DNA of 64,000 nt from Treponema sp. Lineage in GTDB: Bacteria > Spirochaetota > Spirochaetia > Treponematales > Treponemataceae. A program made the position numbers and the translations under genes. Location of the stretch: assembly GCA_017484285.1 (NCBI GenBank), contig JAFUTH010000011.1:3127-67126 (forward strand), in the 5' to 3' direction. Under the pieces are notes generated by a model. The model was not told the origin of the DNA. It searched no databases and saw only the letters and a list, made by a program, of their open reading frames with translations. The stretch's first letter is position 1; each line of letters starts with the position of its first letter. Shown in pieces: positions 36,446-46,780 of this stretch.

Positions 36446-38269
36446 TTATGTCTCCAATGGCAAGCCACCTGAAATCACCGCACGGATTCGGCGAACGCCA
36501 GCCGAGCTTGACTGTTCTTTTTGAATTTTGAAGTCGCCGATTTGCGCTGTGTGCTGAACATGCGGGCCTCCGCAGACTTCTTTGCTGAACCAGTCGTTTT
36601 TCGGGTCTTTTCCGATGGTGTAGACTTTGACATCTTCGCCGTACTTGTTCGTAAAGAGTGCGCGTGCTCCGCTTGCCTTTGCCGCTTCAAGCGACATGAT
36701 TTCCATTGTGACAGGCAAATCTTCTTTAATTTTTGCGTTTACAATATCCTCGACCTGCTGAATTTCTTCTTTGGTCATTGGTCGCTCAAAAGTGAAGTCG
36801 AAGCGCATTCGCTCGTTGTTGATGTTGCTTCCTTTTTGCGCAACTTGGTCGCCCAACACATTCACGAGTGCCTGCTGAAGAAGGTGCGTTGCCGTGTGAT
36901 ATTTTGTGGTGGTGTCGCTCTGCTCTGCCAAACCGCCCTTTGCCTTTCCCGCGTCTAAGGATTTTGACGCTTCTTGATGCTTTCGCTCCGCCTCTTTAAA
37001 GCCCTCGACATCGACCGTAAAGCCGTTTTCCGCGCCAAGTTCCTGCGTGAGTTCAAGCGGGAAGCCGAATGTGTCATACAATCGGAACGCGACTTTGCCA
37101 GAGATTTCCTTTTTGGGATTCTTCATGAGGTTTGGAAGAAGCTTTTGGAATTCTGCCTCGCCGTTTTTGAGCGTAACGCGGAATTTTTCTTCTTCGGCGG
37201 TGAGTTCTTTTTTGACTTTTGCCGCATTCTGCTCAAGTTCGGGGTACGCGCATTTAAAATTCTCAATGACGACATCGGCGATTTCTGCCAAGAATGCCTT
37301 TTCGATGCCGAGTTTCATTCCGTGGCGAACAGCACGGCGAATCAATCGGCGGAGAACATAGCCCGCACCAACTCGGTCAGGGGTTACGCCACGCACATCC
37401 CCGATGATGAACACAGAAGCGCGCGCATGGTCAGCGATGATTCGGACTGACTTGTCTTTTTCTTCATCAGACCCGTAAGTGTAATCAGAAAGAGCCTCGA
37501 TTTTTGCGATAATCGGCTGGAACACTTCGGTAAGATAGACAGATTTTTTTCCCTGCAAGATACAGTTCGTGCGCTCCAAGCCCATGCCCGTGTCAACATT
37601 CTTTTTTTCGAGCGGAACGAGCGTTTTTTCGTCGATGCGGTTGTACTGCATGAAGACATTGTTCCAGATTTCCATCCAGTTTGCGCTGTCTGTGCCTTTG
37701 TTTGAGCCGACGGGAGGCAAGCCTTCGCCCACCCAGTAGAAAATTTCGGTGTCAGGACCGCACGGACCCGTTGGACCTGCCGCCCACCAGTTGTCGCTTG
37801 CGGGAAGATAGGCGATTTTGTCTTCGGGCATTCCGTTTTCTTTCCAGTAGCCCGCAGCTTCTTCGTCACGAGGAGCGTTTTCGTCGCCTGCAAACACAGT
37901 GACGGAAAGTTTTTTGGGGTCGAGCGCAAGCCAATCTTTGCTCGTTAAAAATTCGTAAGAAAATGCGATAGATTCTTTTTTAAAGTAGTCGCCGAGAGAC
38001 CAGTTTCCGAGCATTTCAAAACAAGTGAGGTGGCTTGGGTCGCCCACTTCTTCAATGTCGCCCGTGCGGATACACTTTTGGTAGTCGGTAAGGCGCGTGC
38101 CAGCCGGGTGCTTTTCGCCGAGCAAGTACGGAACGAGCGGGTGCATTCCCGCCATGGTGAACAAAACAGATGGGTCATTTTCAGGAATCAAACTCTGTCC
38201 TGAAATTTCAGCATGATTCTTTGATTTAAAAAACTCGATGTATTTCGAGCGCAATTCATTAGCAGTCAT
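36446..38269 (-). CDS. alaS: Alanine--tRNA ligase (short form)
   Basis: LFTMAGM, HLTCFEMLGNWS, DTGMGLER; editing motifs HTATH and CGGPH. Lacks the C-Ala domain. Confidence 0.96.
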   Translation of the reverse strand: MTANELRSKYIEFFKSKNHAEISGQSLIPENDPSVLFTMAGMHPLVPYLLGEKHPAGTRLTDYQKCIRTGDIEEVGDPSHLTCFEMLGNWSLGDYFKKESIAFSYEFLTSKDWLALDPKKLSVTVFAGDENAPRDEEAAGYWKENGMPEDKIAYLPASDNWWAAGPTGPCGPDTEIFYWVGEGLPPVGSNKGTDSANWMEIWNNVFMQYNRIDEKTLVPLEKKNVDTGMGLERTNCILQGKKSVYLTEVFQPIIAKIEALSDYTYGSDEEKDKSVRIIADHARASVFIIGDVRGVTPDRVGAGYVLRRLIRRAVRHGMKLGIEKAFLAEIADVVIENFKCAYPELEQNAAKVKKELTAEEEKFRVTLKNGEAEFQKLLPNLMKNPKKEISGKVAFRLYDTFGFPLELTQELGAENGFTVDVEGFKEAERKHQEASKSLDAGKAKGGLAEQSDTTTKYHTATHLLQQALVNVLGDQVAQKGSNINNERMRFDFTFERPMTKEEIQQVEDIVNAKIKEDLPVTMEIMSLEAAKASGARALFTNKYGEDVKVYTIGKDPKNDWFSKEVCGGPHVQHTAQIGDFKIQKEQSSSAGVRRIRAVISGGLPLET

Positions 38270-38283
38270 AGTGCATTACCTTA

Positions 38284-40650
38284 CTACTTTTTCAAAATAA
38301 ATTCTACTCGCCTGTTTTTCCAGCGGTCTTCAATTGCCGTTGAAAGCGTGGCGGGATTTTTGCTTCCATTGCCCGTGGCTTTGAGGTTCGATGAGGGAAC
38401 GCCGTCCTTTATGAGCCAGTCACGCACAAACTGCGCGCGCTGCTCCGAGAGCAATTTGACTTCATCTTCTTCTTGCTGAGAGCCTGAAAGATTGTTTGCG
38501 TTTCCTTCGATAGTGACGTTATAGTCGCGGAATTTTTTAAGAATCTCGGAGATTCGCCCCAAGACTTTGACGTTGTTCTCAAGCGTGCGCTGATCGAGAC
38601 CGAGCGTCTTTCCGTCATAATCGGCTCGGGCTGCCAGTTCCTCGGTCGTCTTAAAATCTGCCGCGTCACTTCGGAAGATGATAGACGGAACTTGCATTTT
38701 AATGCGCTCTCCCTCGCGGATAACGAGCACGTCGACTTTGACAAACCCCTTAATTGTGCTTGAGAGATTGTTTGAATCCGTGACGGTGAATTCGTAGGGA
38801 TAATCCGTTGCAGACTGAACGACTTCGCCACGCGCGCTCTTTCCGTTCCACACGATTTTTTCCTGTAAGTCAGTTGTGCCTTTGATGCTCCAGAACGGCT
38901 TTAATGTTGCCGGGTCTTCGACCGTGAACGACCATGATTTCATCGGAGCATCGCACTCAGCCTTGACCATAATCGTAAGGTCGTCATATTCGCCATCGCC
39001 ATCAGGTGAGAAATACTGCGGAGAAATGCCGACCGAGAGTTTTGGTTCTTTTGAGTCCTGCGGAACTTCCGACTGCACGAATGACTGGATTTCCTCGGCA
39101 GGCTCTTCATCTTCTTTTGGCGGAACGTATTTTTTGAGGATGAGCGGTGCCGTCGATTCTTGATAAAAGCCCTCGGGCGACAACACAACATCGTGCAAGA
39201 TAATGGTATCAGTGTCGACAAGCTCTTTTTCGGTTATTCTGCCACGGGCATCGCGCTCAGTCGTTTGCGTAACCGAAAAAGATGGTACATACACGCGCTT
39301 AAAGAAGGGCACTTCGTGCGCCGAGCGGAACTGCAAGAGCGTGCTTCCCTGCACGTCGTTTGTGGTAAAGCGCCCTGAGTCATATGAAGTAAGCCCGCTT
39401 GCGACATAGCTATTTTCGGTGAATTTGAGGACAGTCTTGTCGCTCGCTTCCCAGGTGCCTTGTTCGATAAGACGCGAAACGCACGCGCTTTCTTTGGTGG
39501 GCGTTACTTTCTGCCCTTCTTTTGACGTGAATTTTTTGTAATTGCCGTCCCAGAGCGTGCTTTCGTTAATCAGCATGCGCACGTCGTCTTGCAATTTGAT
39601 TTTGATTTCGTCCGTGCTTACGAGCGAGATGTCAAAACGACGCTGCAAATTTTCGATGGATTTGTTGACCGCCGAAAAATAAATACCGTTACGGCGAAGC
39701 GTGCTGTTGAGCCATGAATACACTTCCTCTGAGTCTTCATATTCGAAGATGATTTCAGAATTCGGATAGTCAAACGAAATATACCGGATACTTACGCCAC
39801 TGTTTTCGATTTTGTACCACAGCCCGTCAAGAAAATTTCCAAACGTAGCGACCGTGCCGTCTTGAATGCGCGCCAGCTCCTTTTGAGCAAGCGTGTTTCC
39901 TGCGACGCGGAGCGTTTTGACTGCGACATACATGCCCTCTGACTCATCCCACTCATACATTGTTTGGATTTGATCGAGTTTTGCCGCATCTGCGCCACTG
40001 GTCTTTTGCTCGGAAGTGTACACCCACACGGGGAACGGCTTGTCTTTTGCGTGATTCAGTTCGTACGCTTCACTGCGCGGGCTTTGCTGAATAAAAATCG
40101 TGCCGTCAGCCTCGAAATCGCCGATTGGCTTGAGAATGAATTCTCCGGCGTTGTTGCGATTTCCGAGGAAGATTTTGAGCACGACCGAGCCTGAGTCAGT
40201 CACGCCCTGATAGATGAGCGCATTTTTGTGATTTCCAAGCACATCGAGACTCGTGCATGCAAATGTTTTGACCTGCGTAATTGTGGTCGCGAGATAATTA
40301 GTTCGTTCGTAGTTGCCGTTTTTGGGATTGTACAGACCGACAATCAGCACGATGTACGGACTCGCCCCCGTTTTTACCATGTTGACTTGATCGTCGTAGC
40401 CGTCACCGTCGATGTCCATCTCAAGCGTGCCGACGAGCGTTTCGCCGTTTGAAAGCTGAATGAATGGGGTTTGCTTTAAGCCGTCAGAATACTCGTTGCT
40501 TTTTGCGCCATCTTCCTGCTCACCGACGAGCGGAATAACGACGCGTGCACGAGAAATGACGTTATTTTTTACAAAGAGATTTCGGCTGAAAAACAAGAGA
40601 GCCAGCCCAGCCGCCGTCAATATAAAGACGACGGGAATCATTCGCTTCAT
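38284..40650 (-). CDS. Membrane-anchored envelope protein: pallilysin-related-adhesin-like N-terminus + FlgD/Ig-like + OmpA-like domain
   Basis: N-terminal TM and MDIDGDGYDDQV; PQYFSPDGDG...IVWNGK...YPYEFTVTD (FlgD Ig-like); IIF...IEGNAN...LSEQRA...NRRVEF (OmpA_C). The adhesin-like call is tentative. Confidence 0.65.
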   Translation of the reverse strand: MKRMIPVVFILTAAGLALLFFSRNLFVKNNVISRARVVIPLVGEQEDGAKSNEYSDGLKQTPFIQLSNGETLVGTLEMDIDGDGYDDQVNMVKTGASPYIVLIVGLYNPKNGNYERTNYLATTITQVKTFACTSLDVLGNHKNALIYQGVTDSGSVVLKIFLGNRNNAGEFILKPIGDFEADGTIFIQQSPRSEAYELNHAKDKPFPVWVYTSEQKTSGADAAKLDQIQTMYEWDESEGMYVAVKTLRVAGNTLAQKELARIQDGTVATFGNFLDGLWYKIENSGVSIRYISFDYPNSEIIFEYEDSEEVYSWLNSTLRRNGIYFSAVNKSIENLQRRFDISLVSTDEIKIKLQDDVRMLINESTLWDGNYKKFTSKEGQKVTPTKESACVSRLIEQGTWEASDKTVLKFTENSYVASGLTSYDSGRFTTNDVQGSTLLQFRSAHEVPFFKRVYVPSFSVTQTTERDARGRITEKELVDTDTIILHDVVLSPEGFYQESTAPLILKKYVPPKEDEEPAEEIQSFVQSEVPQDSKEPKLSVGISPQYFSPDGDGEYDDLTIMVKAECDAPMKSWSFTVEDPATLKPFWSIKGTTDLQEKIVWNGKSARGEVVQSATDYPYEFTVTDSNNLSSTIKGFVKVDVLVIREGERIKMQVPSIIFRSDAADFKTTEELAARADYDGKTLGLDQRTLENNVKVLGRISEILKKFRDYNVTIEGNANNLSGSQQEEDEVKLLSEQRAQFVRDWLIKDGVPSSNLKATGNGSKNPATLSTAIEDRWKNRRVEFILKK

Positions 40651-40673
40651 AGAACGCTATTCTAGCAAAAAAT

Positions 40674-42065
40674 TTAATGAGTGTCATTCGCACTCGCTGC
40701 CTCTTGCTCCATCTTCTTAAAGCCCTTGTTCATGTACAGGAACATGCAGAGCGCCATAAAAATGGAGACGTAATCGGCAATCGGCTGGGCGAGCACAATG
40801 CCCTCAAGCCCGAGGAACATGTTCAAGAGGATAATCGCGGGCAAGAAGACAAATCCCTGACGGCTCACGGCAAGCGCGAGTGACGGAAGCGCCTTTCCCA
40901 TCGCCTGGAACGAGAAGTTGAACATAAAGAGAATGCCGACCACCGGGCTTGACACCATGAGCGCACGGAGCATTCGCACGCCCGCGTCGATAACCGTCGG
41001 ATCGTTGATGAAGATGTTCACAATCTGGCGCGTAAAGATAAAATAGAGCGCGGTGAGCGAAATGCCAGCGGTAATATTGCAGAGCATGGCGAATTTCATT
41101 GCGGCTTTCATTCGCTTGAAATTTTTTGCGCCAAACGTGTAGCCAATGAGCGGCTGCGTTCCTGCGGCAACACCGAGTTGCACGAAGATGACGAGCATGT
41201 TCGCTTTCATGGCGATGCCCATGCCCGCCACGTTCACATCGCCGTAGCTCACGAGGAATTTATTCGTGAGGATATTGCTCAAGCTCATGAGAATGTTCGT
41301 AAGCGAGGCGGGCAAGCCGATTAACAGCACGCCCTTTAAGATGCCGTTTCGCATCGCAAAATACTTCGGGCTGAGCGTCAGCACGGAATTTTTTGAAATG
41401 ACATGAAAAAAGCACACCACAATCGACACGAGGTTTCCGATGACCGTTGCAATCGCCGCGCCCGCAACGCCAAGACCCAAGCACGGAATGAACAAAAAGC
41501 GGTCGAGAATAAAAATCGGGTCGAGCACAATGTTCGCAATCGTGCCCGCCATCATCGCCTTCATCGCGCTCTGAGACGCGCCCTCGCCGCGCACCAAATT
41601 GGTGAACGCCGTAGAGACGACAATCGCCACGCCGCCGTACGCAATCCATGAGAGATATTCTTTTGCGTAGCCAAACGTGTTCTCGCTCGTACCGACGGCT
41701 TGCAAAATCTCCGTCATAAAAGAGAACATGAGAATCGTACCGATAATGCCGACGGCAATGCCCGCATACAAACAGAATGAACTGATGTTTTTTGCCTTGT
41801 CGTATCGCTTTTCACCAAGTGCACGGCTCAAGAACGAAGAGCCGCCCATGCCGAAAATGTTTCCGGCTGCCATAAAGAACAAAAAAACGGGAGTCGCAAC
41901 GCTGACCGCTGCCATCTGATTTGCATCGCCTGTCTGTCCGACGAAGAACGTATCAACCATGTTGTAAAAAACTGAGACTATCATGCTCAGAACAGTCGGA
42001 AGCGCCAACTTAAAGACCGCGCGCGGAACGGGGTCGTTTTCAAAAACACTGATATTCTTTAACAT
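40674..42065 (-). CDS. MATE family efflux transporter
   Basis: KLALPTVLSMIVSVFYNMVDTFFVG, NLVRGEG, NIVLDPIF, about 12 TM helices. Confidence 0.95.
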   Translation of the reverse strand: MLKNISVFENDPVPRAVFKLALPTVLSMIVSVFYNMVDTFFVGQTGDANQMAAVSVATPVFLFFMAAGNIFGMGGSSFLSRALGEKRYDKAKNISSFCLYAGIAVGIIGTILMFSFMTEILQAVGTSENTFGYAKEYLSWIAYGGVAIVVSTAFTNLVRGEGASQSAMKAMMAGTIANIVLDPIFILDRFLFIPCLGLGVAGAAIATVIGNLVSIVVCFFHVISKNSVLTLSPKYFAMRNGILKGVLLIGLPASLTNILMSLSNILTNKFLVSYGDVNVAGMGIAMKANMLVIFVQLGVAAGTQPLIGYTFGAKNFKRMKAAMKFAMLCNITAGISLTALYFIFTRQIVNIFINDPTVIDAGVRMLRALMVSSPVVGILFMFNFSFQAMGKALPSLALAVSRQGFVFLPAIILLNMFLGLEGIVLAQPIADYVSIFMALCMFLYMNKGFKKMEQEAASANDTH

Positions 42066-42071
42066 GGGAAA

Positions 42072-42100
42072 AATTTACAAAAAACAGGGGTAAATGTCAA
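42072..42100 (-). promoter_or_regulatory. Sigma70 promoter of MATE gene (leaderless)
   Basis: TTGACA-17 nt-TAAATT, 6 nt before ATG 42065. Confidence 0.75.
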
Positions 42101-42128
42101 CAAATGACAAGAATTTCACTCACTAAAA

Positions 42129-42255
42129 CAAAAACAGGCTACCAGCGAGAACGCGCCACAGAAATCCGCGGTTGCGCGTACAAGGAATCTGTCTCGCTTC
42201 GCTCGCACGCGCAAAGTGGATTTCGTGTCGCAACCTCGCTTCCCGCCTGTTTTTG
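42129..42255. repeat. MITE/REP-like long imperfect hairpin with 11-bp terminal inverted repeats
   Basis: CAAAAACAGGC/GCCTGTTTTTG ends, nested stems AGCGAG, GAAATCC and TTGCGCGT, central TCGCTTCGCTCG; flanked by heptamers at 42264-42281. Confidence 0.6.
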
Positions 42256-42285
42256 CTTTCCGGTCAATTTTCAATTTTCCGTTCG

Positions 42286-44373
42286 CTACACTTTGAACTT
42301 ATCGACTTGTTCGCCGATTTTGTCGATTGAGCCGTTGATTTGAGCTGAGACGTCGCTTAAAGCGGAGCCGGTCTCGTTGATTTTGCGCGCACCAATTGAC
42401 ATTTCTTCCATGCTCTGGCTCATCGCCATTGCCGCGTTTTGGAGCTGCTGCACTTCCTTCAAAATCAACTGGTTGCCCTCTGCCATCTCAGAAGAAGCGT
42501 TGCGGACTTCAACCGTGCTGTCGTTCATGTTGTGGAGCGCTTCGGTAATCTGCTGAGAGCCTTCGTTCTGCTCTTCCATTGCGGCTCGAATCTGCATGAC
42601 AAGCGCATCAGTTTCTTCGAGTTTACGAGAAACCGCCTCAAACGCGACTGCCGACTCTCCAGACGCCGACACGACCTGCATGATTGAATCCTTGATGTTT
42701 GAAAGCTGGTCGCCGATTGTCTTTGACTGAGCCGTTGACGTTTCTGAAAGCTTACGGATTTCGTCTGCAACGACCGCAAAGCCTTTGCCTGCCTCACCCG
42801 CGTGAGCCGCCTCGATTGCCGCGTTCATAGCGAGCAAGTTCGTCTGGCTTGCAATTGCCGCAATCGCAACGTTTGCTTCTTGGAGCATTTCCGACTGGCT
42901 TTCGATTTCGTTGATTCGGTCGTTGACCGCCTTTTGCTTTGCAATGCCCGACTGCGAATTAGAACGCAAGTCAGTGAATGAGTGCGCCATTTTTTCCATT
43001 GAGCCGTTGACAGACGAGATGTTGCCAATCATCTGCTCGACCGCCGCACTTGCCTGCGTTACCGAAGATGACTGAGACTCAATCATGTGCTCAAGCGATT
43101 CGATGTTTGACGCAATCTCGTTGACCGCGCCCGCCGTTTGGTTGACCGACTGGTTCTGATGGTCAATCTGATTCTTCATTGAGTCGATGTTTGCGATAAT
43201 CTCAGTGATTGAACTTGACGTGTCCTGCGTTGCGCTTGCGAGATTTTCGCCAGCAACCATAAGCTCGTCTTTTGAGCCTTTAACATCACCGATAATCGTC
43301 TGCAATTTGCCAGAGAATGCATTGAAGCCGTTTACGACGTCACCGATTTCGTCTTTTGCCGTTGATTGGATTCGCTTTGTGAGGTCAGCGTCGCCCGAAG
43401 CGATGTCAGTGATTGCGCCTTTTACCGTGAGAAGCGGCTTGAGTGAGCGGGCAACCGTAAATCCACTGATAAAGAAAGATACGACGAGAATGACCACAAG
43501 AATTATCATCATGATGCGAATCATGTGCTTAAGCGTCGCATAAAAGTCATCGTAGGCAGTCACGCCCAAGACAGACCAGTCGGTGTCAGGAATCGGGCAG
43601 TATGCCGCGGTCATCTTTATGCCGCTCGCAGGATCGATGAATGCGCCGCCATTTGTTGCGCCCGTCCGCATTCCGTCCATAATCGGCTTGATTGAACCGT
43701 CAGCAGTATCAAACGCATTTTCTTCGTTGTGGACGCGCTGCACGTCTTTTGAAGCAACTGTTTTGCCCGTTGTTCGGCTGATGACATACACGTCAGACTG
43801 CTTTCCGAAGTGAATGTCTGCAAGTTTTTTAGAAAGCGACTCACCATAGAGGTTTACAACAGAAACGCCAATGATGTTATTGTCATAGTCGTACACAGGA
43901 ACCGAATACTGCTGCAAAAACTCTCCCGTCGCAGGACTTACCGCCGGCTCCATCATAACAGAGTTCCCCTTAACCGCTTCTTTGATGTAAAGCCGTTCAG
44001 GAAAATGAATCGGCGCGCCACCAGCGGTAAAGGAATTTCCGTCCGCATCGTAGAACGACACGTTTTCGTAATCATCGCTGATTTTGCTTATCGCGCGAAG
44101 CCGCTCGCACTTTTCAAGGACGGAGACGTTTGGGTCGCGCACAAAATCCATTGCCGCAACGGTTTCTGCCACGCGGAAGTGACGCTCAGTTTCGCCTTTG
44201 ATTTTGCTTACGGCACTCTCAGTAACAGAATTCATAAGCTGGTGGACGGTTTCTTGGACTGTTGAAGACGAAAGGTTGTCAGCGACGATTGCAAGCGTGA
44301 CATTGGAAACTACGGTAATGGCAATCACCATCGCCATAAGCCGGAACTGCAAACTGTGTAAATTGATTTTCAT
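42286..44373 (-). CDS. Methyl-accepting chemotaxis protein (dCache_1-like sensor)
   Basis: TM-Cache-TM-HAMP; hairpin tip [33 protein letters not shown]. Confidence 0.95.
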   Translation of the reverse strand: MKINLHSLQFRLMAMVIAITVVSNVTLAIVADNLSSSTVQETVHQLMNSVTESAVSKIKGETERHFRVAETVAAMDFVRDPNVSVLEKCERLRAISKISDDYENVSFYDADGNSFTAGGAPIHFPERLYIKEAVKGNSVMMEPAVSPATGEFLQQYSVPVYDYDNNIIGVSVVNLYGESLSKKLADIHFGKQSDVYVISRTTGKTVASKDVQRVHNEENAFDTADGSIKPIMDGMRTGATNGGAFIDPASGIKMTAAYCPIPDTDWSVLGVTAYDDFYATLKHMIRIMMIILVVILVVSFFISGFTVARSLKPLLTVKGAITDIASGDADLTKRIQSTAKDEIGDVVNGFNAFSGKLQTIIGDVKGSKDELMVAGENLASATQDTSSSITEIIANIDSMKNQIDHQNQSVNQTAGAVNEIASNIESLEHMIESQSSSVTQASAAVEQMIGNISSVNGSMEKMAHSFTDLRSNSQSGIAKQKAVNDRINEIESQSEMLQEANVAIAAIASQTNLLAMNAAIEAAHAGEAGKGFAVVADEIRKLSETSTAQSKTIGDQLSNIKDSIMQVVSASGESAVAFEAVSRKLEETDALVMQIRAAMEEQNEGSQQITEALHNMNDSTVEVRNASSEMAEGNQLILKEVQQLQNAAMAMSQSMEEMSIGARKINETGSALSDVSAQINGSIDKIGEQVDKFKV

Positions 44374-44451
44374 AAGAACACCTTAATGTAAAAATTTTAA
44401 GAAAAATAAGAGTAAATGCCCGCACGGAGGCGGGATAAAGACAGTTGAGCG

Positions 44452-44490
44452 CAAGAATTTTTAGGGTGCTGTGCAACCTAAAAATTCTTG
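44452..44490. terminator. 14-bp perfect inverted repeat between MCP genes
   Basis: CAAGAATTTTTAGG...CCTAAAAATTCTTG; no downstream U-tract on the sense strand. Confidence 0.5.
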
Positions 44491-44509
44491 TCACGACATG
44501 GATGTCGAC

Positions 44510-46630
44510 TTAGACTTTGAATTTATCGACCTGTTCGCCGATTTTGCCGATTGAGCCGTTGATTTGATTTGAAACGTCGCTCAAGGCAGCACCAGTCTCG
44601 TTGATTTTGCGCGCACCGATTGCCATTTCTTCCATGCTCTGGCTCATCGCCATTGCCGCGTTTTGGAGCTGCTGCACTTCTTTCAGAATCAACTGGTTTC
44701 CTTCGGACATTTCGGCAGACGCATTGCGGACTTCAACCGTACTGTCGTTCATATTGTGGAGCGCTTCGGTAATCTGTTTAGAACCTTCGTTCTGCTCTTC
44801 CATTGCGGCACGAATCTGCATAACGAGCGCGTCGGTCTCTTCGAGCTTTTTAGACACGCTCTCGAATGCAAGCGTCGACTCGCTTGAAGCCGTAACGACC
44901 TGGCTGATTGAATCTTTGATGTTTGAAAGCTGGTCGCCGATTGTCTTTGACTGCGCCGTTGACGTTTCTGAAAGCTTACGGATTTCGTCCGCGACGACCG
45001 CAAAGCCTTTGCCTGCCTCGCCCGCGTGAGCCGCCTCGATTGCCGCGTTCATAGCGAGCAAGTTCGTCTGGCTTGCGATAGAAGCGATTGCAACGTTTGC
45101 TTCCTGAAGCATTTGTGACTGCGTTTCAATTTCGGTGATTCGGTCGTTGACCGCCTTTTGCTTTGCGATACCCGTGTGAGAATTTGAGCGCAAATCATTG
45201 AATGAATGCGTCATCTTTTCCATTGAGGTGTTGACTGACGAGATGTTTCCAATCATCTGCTCGACCGCCGCGCTCGCCTGCGTAACGCCCGAAGACTGAG
45301 ACTCAATCATGTGCTCAAGCGACTCGATGTTTGACGCAATCTCGTTGACTGCGCCCGCCGTTTGGTTGACCGACTGGTTCTGATTGTCGATTTGATTTTT
45401 CATTGAGTCGATGTTTGCGATAATCTCAGTGATTGAGCTTGACGTGTCTTCGGTTGCGCTCGTGAGGTTTTCACCGGCAACCATGAGTTCGTCTTTTGAC
45501 GTTTTGACATCGCCGATAATCGTCTGCAATTTTGACGCGAATGCGTTGAATCCTTTGACGACGTAGCCGATTTCGTTGTTTGAGTCGATTTCGATTCGTT
45601 TTGTGAGGTCAGCGTCGCCCGAAGCAATGCCCGTGATTGCGCCCTCGACAATCTGAAGCGGTTTGAGCGAGCGGAGCAAGAGGAAGCCTGAGCTGACGCA
45701 CAAGAACACGATACTCGCAATAGAGAAGCCCATCATGAGACTGCGGATAGTGTTTACCAAGTCATAAATCTGATTGTCTGGAATTGAAAGACCAAGCGAC
45801 CACGGCGTGCCCTCGACCGGACCGTACACAATCAAGTCCTTGCCTTTGCGACCGTTCGCATTGATGAACGCCTCGCCCGTCTGACCTGCCGCCATTGCCT
45901 CAGCAACCGCAATCATGTCGCCATTTTTGCCGCCCTTTCCGCCGGTAATGCCCGTGATGAAGTTTTTCTGCATAACGAAATCACTCTGCGGGTGAGCGAT
46001 AACAAGCCCCTCGCTTGAGAGCAAATAGCCGTACCCCTTTTCGCCGATTTTAATGTCATCGACCAAATCGGTGAGCAAATTGACATTAACAACGCCCGCG
46101 AGCATTGCGAACGTGCGCCCGCTTCTATCTTTTACGGCACGCGTGATATGCACAACAGGCTTTCCCGTTGTTTTTGAGATAACCGGATTGTCGACATATC
46201 GCTCTTTGCCTTCTTGCATGATTGCTTTGAAGTAGTCTCGGTCATGAATATCGGTCGTGGTGCCAATATCGTTGTACGAAATGCCGTCAGGTCCCGCGAA
46301 CATAACATAATCGAACTCAGCGCGCATGTCTTCGTGCTCTGGGTCTTGAATCCATGCATAGACAGCTTCCAAATCACCGTCATCCATAACGTCAGCGTAA
46401 ATGTAGCCGTTTAATTCCTTAAAATAGCCGTCGACATCGTTGTACAGCGAGTCAGCGTAGCCGTCAATCATGTTCGCGTACATGCTCAGGTCTTCGGCAA
46501 CGATTGCCTTCTGCGCATTTGTGGTGACGAACAAAAGCTGCACGACGTTGAACAGGACGATGATTGCACCGACAACAAACAAAAGCCTGCGGATAAGGCT
46601 CGAGCGTTTATCTTTTGATTTTTTGGACAT
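44510..46630 (-). CDS. Methyl-accepting chemotaxis protein (dCache_1-like sensor)
   Basis: DRDYFK...PVISKTTG...GYGYLL...IAHP sensor, HAMP, same MCP signalling tip. Confidence 0.95.
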   Translation of the reverse strand: MSKKSKDKRSSLIRRLLFVVGAIIVLFNVVQLLFVTTNAQKAIVAEDLSMYANMIDGYADSLYNDVDGYFKELNGYIYADVMDDGDLEAVYAWIQDPEHEDMRAEFDYVMFAGPDGISYNDIGTTTDIHDRDYFKAIMQEGKERYVDNPVISKTTGKPVVHITRAVKDRSGRTFAMLAGVVNVNLLTDLVDDIKIGEKGYGYLLSSEGLVIAHPQSDFVMQKNFITGITGGKGGKNGDMIAVAEAMAAGQTGEAFINANGRKGKDLIVYGPVEGTPWSLGLSIPDNQIYDLVNTIRSLMMGFSIASIVFLCVSSGFLLLRSLKPLQIVEGAITGIASGDADLTKRIEIDSNNEIGYVVKGFNAFASKLQTIIGDVKTSKDELMVAGENLTSATEDTSSSITEIIANIDSMKNQIDNQNQSVNQTAGAVNEIASNIESLEHMIESQSSGVTQASAAVEQMIGNISSVNTSMEKMTHSFNDLRSNSHTGIAKQKAVNDRITEIETQSQMLQEANVAIASIASQTNLLAMNAAIEAAHAGEAGKGFAVVADEIRKLSETSTAQSKTIGDQLSNIKDSISQVVTASSESTLAFESVSKKLEETDALVMQIRAAMEEQNEGSKQITEALHNMNDSTVEVRNASAEMSEGNQLILKEVQQLQNAAMAMSQSMEEMAIGARKINETGAALSDVSNQINGSIGKIGEQVDKFKV

Positions 46631-46747
46631 ATAGTGAATAGCTCCTTGAAGATAAAGATGTGATGTGTATTGATTATAAAAAGTATAAGGCGATTTTCAT
46701 GAGAATTCAACGAAATTTTAAGATTGACAAGAAAAAAAAACCGGGGC

Positions 46748-46771
46748 AAAAAAAGCCCCGCCGAAGCGGGG
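46748..46771 (-). terminator. Intrinsic terminator after third MCP
   Basis: CCCCGC-TTCG-GCGGGG followed by C and T7 on the minus strand. Confidence 0.85.
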
Positions 46772-46780
46772 AACGTTTTC

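Noticed and set aside
44374-44509. c-di-GMP riboswitch upstream of an MCP
   Set aside because: The GEMM consensus (GGCAAA...GAAA...GACGCAAAG) is absent; only simple hairpins are present.
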